The notes under the pieces: generated by a model
Seen by the model: only the letters and a program-made list of their open reading frames with translations
Told to the model about the DNA's origin: nothing
Database searches by the model: none
DNA from: Malacoraja senta
Lineage: Eukaryota
NCBI GenBank assembly: GCA_038087875.1
Contig: JAXLNO010000293.1
Location: 124,001-188,000, forward strand
Length of the DNA: 64,000 nucleotides
Direction of reading: 5' to 3'
Program-made: the position numbers and the translations under genes
Part shown: positions 59,801-64,000 of the stretch, piece after piece
Position numbering within the stretch: the first letter of the stretch is position 1
How the letters are laid out: each line of letters opens with the position of its first letter

Positions 59801-60781
59801 CTGCTGAATGTAAAAATTAAATCTTGCTGAAATGCAACGGCGAATTTTCTTTTTCCTGCTGTCAAATCTAGGTCAAATCAGGACCATTAGACAGTTTCAA
59901 TTTGTGCAGCTTGTATTTAAATGTTACAATGCTTTAAAAGAAACCACGTTCCTCAGCCTCAGTAAACCATGAGCTAATTTAGCTGAGCATTCACAATGGA
60001 AATAAAAAGACGTGTATTTTATGGAAACTCACCGACAGCATCCCTCGACTTGCATGTTTTATTTCGCGGTAATTTATCAGACAGATGAGGCACCTGCGAT
60101 CATAGCATGCGCACGGACTCGCACACATGACTGACATTCTTTAGCGAGAGTTACAGAATACAGAGAACAGCGTCCATCAAACCGTTGTTCTTTTTATTTC
60201 GGCCGTGAAGTCTAAAGTTAAAATCAGGTATGATCGATAATGCTCAGCAGCAAGCCACCGTACGTTTACTTGTTCTTCGTATAATGAAGCTATGTAAAAT
60301 CAACTGCATGGAATGAAAATAGAAAGAGCTTGAAACATCGCGTTTATATGCAGACCCCTCTTTGGAAGCGTTGAATCCGCCATTGTTCAGGTGGACTGTG
60401 TATGAGGTGGAGAAGGAGGGCTTGTTGTGTCCAGTGGACTTGACTAATATAAAATATATAGAATATTATATTACTTATAAAACGTTTATATATAATTTTA
60501 CCGTCAGAGAAATTCAATCATTTTTCCAGATGATTTTTAGATCCAGTACACAAGTGAGATCAGCACGATACTTTGTTTTTGACAGCACGTTGTTTGCAAT
60601 AATAATTTCATAGAAATCTGTAATGTTTTCAGATATGTTTGCCATGATGTTCAATATCGTCTGTCAAGCACATCAACGTACATCTGTAAAACCATTCTCT
60701 GGCTCACCTACCTGGGACTCCAATGATTGCAAGAATAGGATAGTAAATACTCTCGATCTTCAGGAGTGCAGGCTTGTTCAT
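56849..60781 (-). CDS. Intact GPR139/GPR142-like class A GPCR, 338 aa; exon 1 60712-60781, exon 2 56849-57795
   Basis: Exon 1 MNKPALLKIESIYYPILAIIGVP+G|gtaggt; acceptor ttttggttgcag at 57796; 70+947=1017 bp, in frame, no stops. Seven hydrophobic segments, MAVADL (TM2), TFDRFVAIC (TM3), Cys in TPIC and PWSC, NTFIY (TM7). Confidence 0.93.
58200..58470 (-). mobile_element. Old Rex/Babar RT fragment in the GPCR intron
   Basis: LYSKYTHVC..NSVFMYADDAT..G motif. Confidence 0.6.
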
Positions 60782-61261
60782 ATTTAGTTGGAAGATGCCT
60801 TCCTAGTCAGTTCAATAGGCTCACGGATCTCCCGATTTCAAAGTTAGCTCGCACTTATACTTTAGAGAAACCTCAAGGGTGGAATCAACACGCTATGAGA
60901 TTGGTATTATTCAATCACGATCACGTTAATTAGGTTGTTTGTTTCATGCCCTTCATCACTGTTAAAATGGTAGTCTGTAGAGACATGTTTCTGCTGTTGA
61001 AATCGTCAATAAATCAAACATCGGTTATCAGCTTAAATATTTTTGCAAACGCTTTAATGCGGTTTCTTTTTAATTTTCTCCATTAGCTGCACCAATAAAT
61101 TGCAATATGCACCCTCTCTTATGTTTTACAAGTATCATGTGCAATTAAAATCTGAGGAGACATTTATGATTATGCGAACAATCAAATTTACCGAGACTAT
61201 GAATGAGTTTGAAGATGTGACAGAAATATTGCACAACACATAACAAAAAAGTGGCTGTTTA

Positions 61262-62175
61262 GGCAATAGACAATAAGTGCATGAGTAGGCCATTCGACCC
61301 TTCGAGCCAGCAACGCCATTTAATGTGATCATGGCTGATTATCCACAATCAGTACCCCGTTCCTGCCTTCTCCCCATATCCCCTAACTCCGCTATCTTTA
61401 AGAACCCTATCTAGTTCTCTGTTGAAAGTATCCAGAAAACCGGCTTCCACAGACTCACAACCCTCTGTGTGAAATAATTGTTTCCTTATCTCCGTTCTAA
61501 ACTGCTTACCCCTTATTCTTAAACAGTGCCCCCTGGTTCCGGAGTCCCCCAACATCGGGAATATGTTTCCTGCCTCTAGCGTGTCCAAACCCTTAATAAT
61601 CTTTTATATGTTTCAATAAGATCCCCTCTCACCCTTCTAAATTCCAGAATATACAAGCCCAGCCGTTCCATTCTCTTAGCATATGACAGCCCCACCACCC
61701 CGGGAATTAATCCTGTGAACCTACGCTACACTCCCTCAATAGCAAGAATGTCGTTCCTCAAATTTGGAGATCAAAACTTCACACAATACTCAGGTGTGAT
61801 CTCACTAGGGGCCTATACTCGACTCCTCTCGTATGAAGGCCGACATGCCATTCGCATTCTTCACTGCCTGCTGCACCTGCGTGCTTACTTTCATTGACTG
61901 ATGAACAAGGACCCCCGGATCCCGTTGTACTTCCAGTTTTCACAATTTGACACCATTTAGAGAATAATCTGCCTTCCTATTTTGCTACCAAAGAAGGATA
62001 ATTTATTTATCCAAATTAAACGGCATCTGCCATGCCATCTGCCCACTCAACCAACCTGTCCAAGTCACCCCGCATTCTCATAGCATACTCCTCACAGTTC
62101 ACACTGCCACCCAGCTTTGTGTCATGTGCAAATTTGCTAATGTTACCTGTAATCCATTCATCTGAATTAATAATA
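61262..62175 (-). mobile_element. CR1 LINE 3' portion
   Basis: Collinear with 600-1570; ends RGYGEKAGTGY; (caataga) tail. Confidence 0.9.
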
Positions 62176-62179
62176 TCTG

Positions 62180-64000
62180 TCATTATACTAAAAGTCTCAT
62201 CTTGACCATTTCCTCTCTAAGTGGTTAATTGATTTTTAGAAAAAACGGTACCCTATATCGCTATGATTTTTGCCATCTTACAGTTCTCCTCCGCTGCAGC
62301 AGCCCCAAGGATTTTTCCGATCGCTGAAAAATAAAAAAATATGAATGTTTAAAAAATCGTGAGATTAGCTGATTGGTCCTCTCACCATGGTGAAGGCAAC
62401 GCCCCTTCCGGGGGGCGGTAGTATTTATCCCCTGATGCCGGACGTGAGTCACTCACTCTGGAAAATTGTGAGGGAGAGTCCCCAACTGTGATTCTAAGCT
62501 GTGATTCAACTGAACTGAGAGTCTGCAATGTATTGGCAATAAATTATTTGTTAGCCCAAAGTGAAAATGCAATGAGTTGTTTGGCCTGCCCTGTGCTTGA
62601 AACTGCAATGGAAATGGAAATTAAATGAAAATGCAATGAGTAGTTTAGCCAGCCCTGTGCTTGAAACTTCAATGGAAATGGAAATGAAATGAAAATGCAA
62701 TGACTTGTTTGACCTGCCCTGTGCTTTCGCTTTTGCTTTGCTTGACCTGAAATGAAAGCAAATGGATTGTATTGTTGGCTCGCCCCGCCTTCCCTGTGCT
62801 TTTGCTTTTGCTTTGCCTTTGCTTTGCTTGGCCTGAAATGAAAGCAAATTGACTGCATTGTCGGCTGGCCCCGTCTACCCTGTGCTTTTGATTTGCTTTG
62901 CCTTTGTTTTGCTTGACCTTAAATGAAAGCAAAATGATTGTATTGTTGACTGGCCGCGCCTGCCCTGTGCTTTTTCTTTTGCTTTGCCTTTGCTTTGCTT
63001 GACCTTAAATGAAAGCAAATGGACTGTATTGTTGGCACCGCCTGCGCCGTGCTTGGCTTGGCTTTACTTGACTTGGCTTGGCTTCACTTGGATTGACTTG
63101 GATTGACTTGGATTGAGTTGGATTGACTTGACTTGACTTGACTTGACTTGACTTGACTTGACTTGAAATAGATTGACCTGACTTGACTTGACTTGACTTG
63201 AAATCGATTTACTTGACTTGACTTGACTTGACTTGACTTGACTTGAAATGGATTGACCTGACTTGTCTTGACTTGACTTGATTTTAAATCGATTGAGTTG
63301 ACTTGACTTGAAATGGATTGACTTAACTTGAATTGACTTGATATGCTTTGCTTGACCTGAAATGATAGCAAATGGATTGTATTGTTGGCTGGCCCCGCCT
63401 GCCATGTGCTTTTGCTTTTGCTTTGTCTTTGCTTTGCTTGACCTGAAATGAAAGCAAATGGATTGCATTGTTGGCCGGCCCCGCCTGCGCTGTGCTTTTG
63501 CTTTTGCTTTGCCTTTGATTTGCTTGCCCTGAAAGGAGAGCAAATGAATTGCATTCTTGGCTGGCCCCGCCTGCCCTGTGTTTTTGCTTTTGCTTTGCCT
63601 TTACTTTGCTTGACCTGAAATGAAAGCAAATGGATTGTATGGTTGTCCCCGCCTGCCCTGTGTTTGGCTTGGCCTTACTTGACTTGACTTGGCTTGGCTT
63701 GAATTGCCTTGGATGACTTGGATTGACTTGGATTGACTTGGATTGACTTGGATTGACTTGGATTGAATTGGATTGACTTGGATTGACTTGGATTGACTTG
63801 ACTTGACTTTATTTGACTTGACTTGGATTGACTAGGATTGACTTAGATTGACTTGACTTGGATTGACTTGGAGTGACGTGAAGAGACTAGGAGAGAATTG
63901 GAGTGACTTGGAGCGACTTGGATTGACTTTGATTGACGTGGATTGCCATGGATTGACTTGGATTGACTTGAAATGGATTGACTTGACTTGATTTGAAATG
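62180..64000 (+). mobile_element. Putative non-autonomous Helitron head followed by a composite satellite running off the window
   Basis: tatactaaaagtctcatcttgaccatttcct..gatttttagaaaa..gatttttgcca..ggatttttccgatcgctgaaaaat is homologous to the minus strand of 28310-28494. Confidence 0.55.
62565..64000. repeat. Composite satellite: ~85-bp unit interleaved with (GACTT)n and (GGATTGACTT)n arrays
   Basis: ccctgtgc at 62792, 62878, 62963 (85-86-bp period). Pentamer arrays at ~63055-63340 and ~63665-64000. Confidence 0.93.

Noticed and set aside
62544..63629. KSSQV- and KAKQ-repeat ORFs
   Set aside because: Translations of the satellite.

Overview
Eukaryotic, repeat-dense vertebrate DNA. The repeat and gene families (CR1, Rex/Babar, Penelope, tRNA-SINEs, RING-B-box-PRY/SPRY TRIM, two-exon GPR139-like receptors) point to a cartilaginous fish, probably a skate or ray; this is inference. 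Host genes: a six-exon TRIM pseudogene (9810-15321, +) and a cluster of three GPR139/GPR142-like class A GPCR loci. One GPCR is intact (exons 60712-60781 and 56849-57795, -, 338 aa), one is a frameshifted pseudogene (exons 36284-36353 and 47980-48872, +), and one is a 3' relic (30543-30906, -). Mobile DNA: (1) a young, coding-intact Ty3/Gypsy element with an unusual third LTR (4121-9314); (2) a decayed, probably chimeric relative (21641-27178); (3) a full-length L1 with a 14-bp TSD inside the GPCR pseudogene intron (36866-43185); (4) a six-copy family of GC-rich non-coding retroposons with CTCF-like heads and copy-specific tails; (5) Penelope-derived repeats carrying minimal hammerhead-ribozyme motifs; (6) two Helitron-like elements with homologous heads but different satellites. 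No prokaryotic systems or CRISPR arrays. All alignments were done by eye and boundaries of old repeats are approximate.
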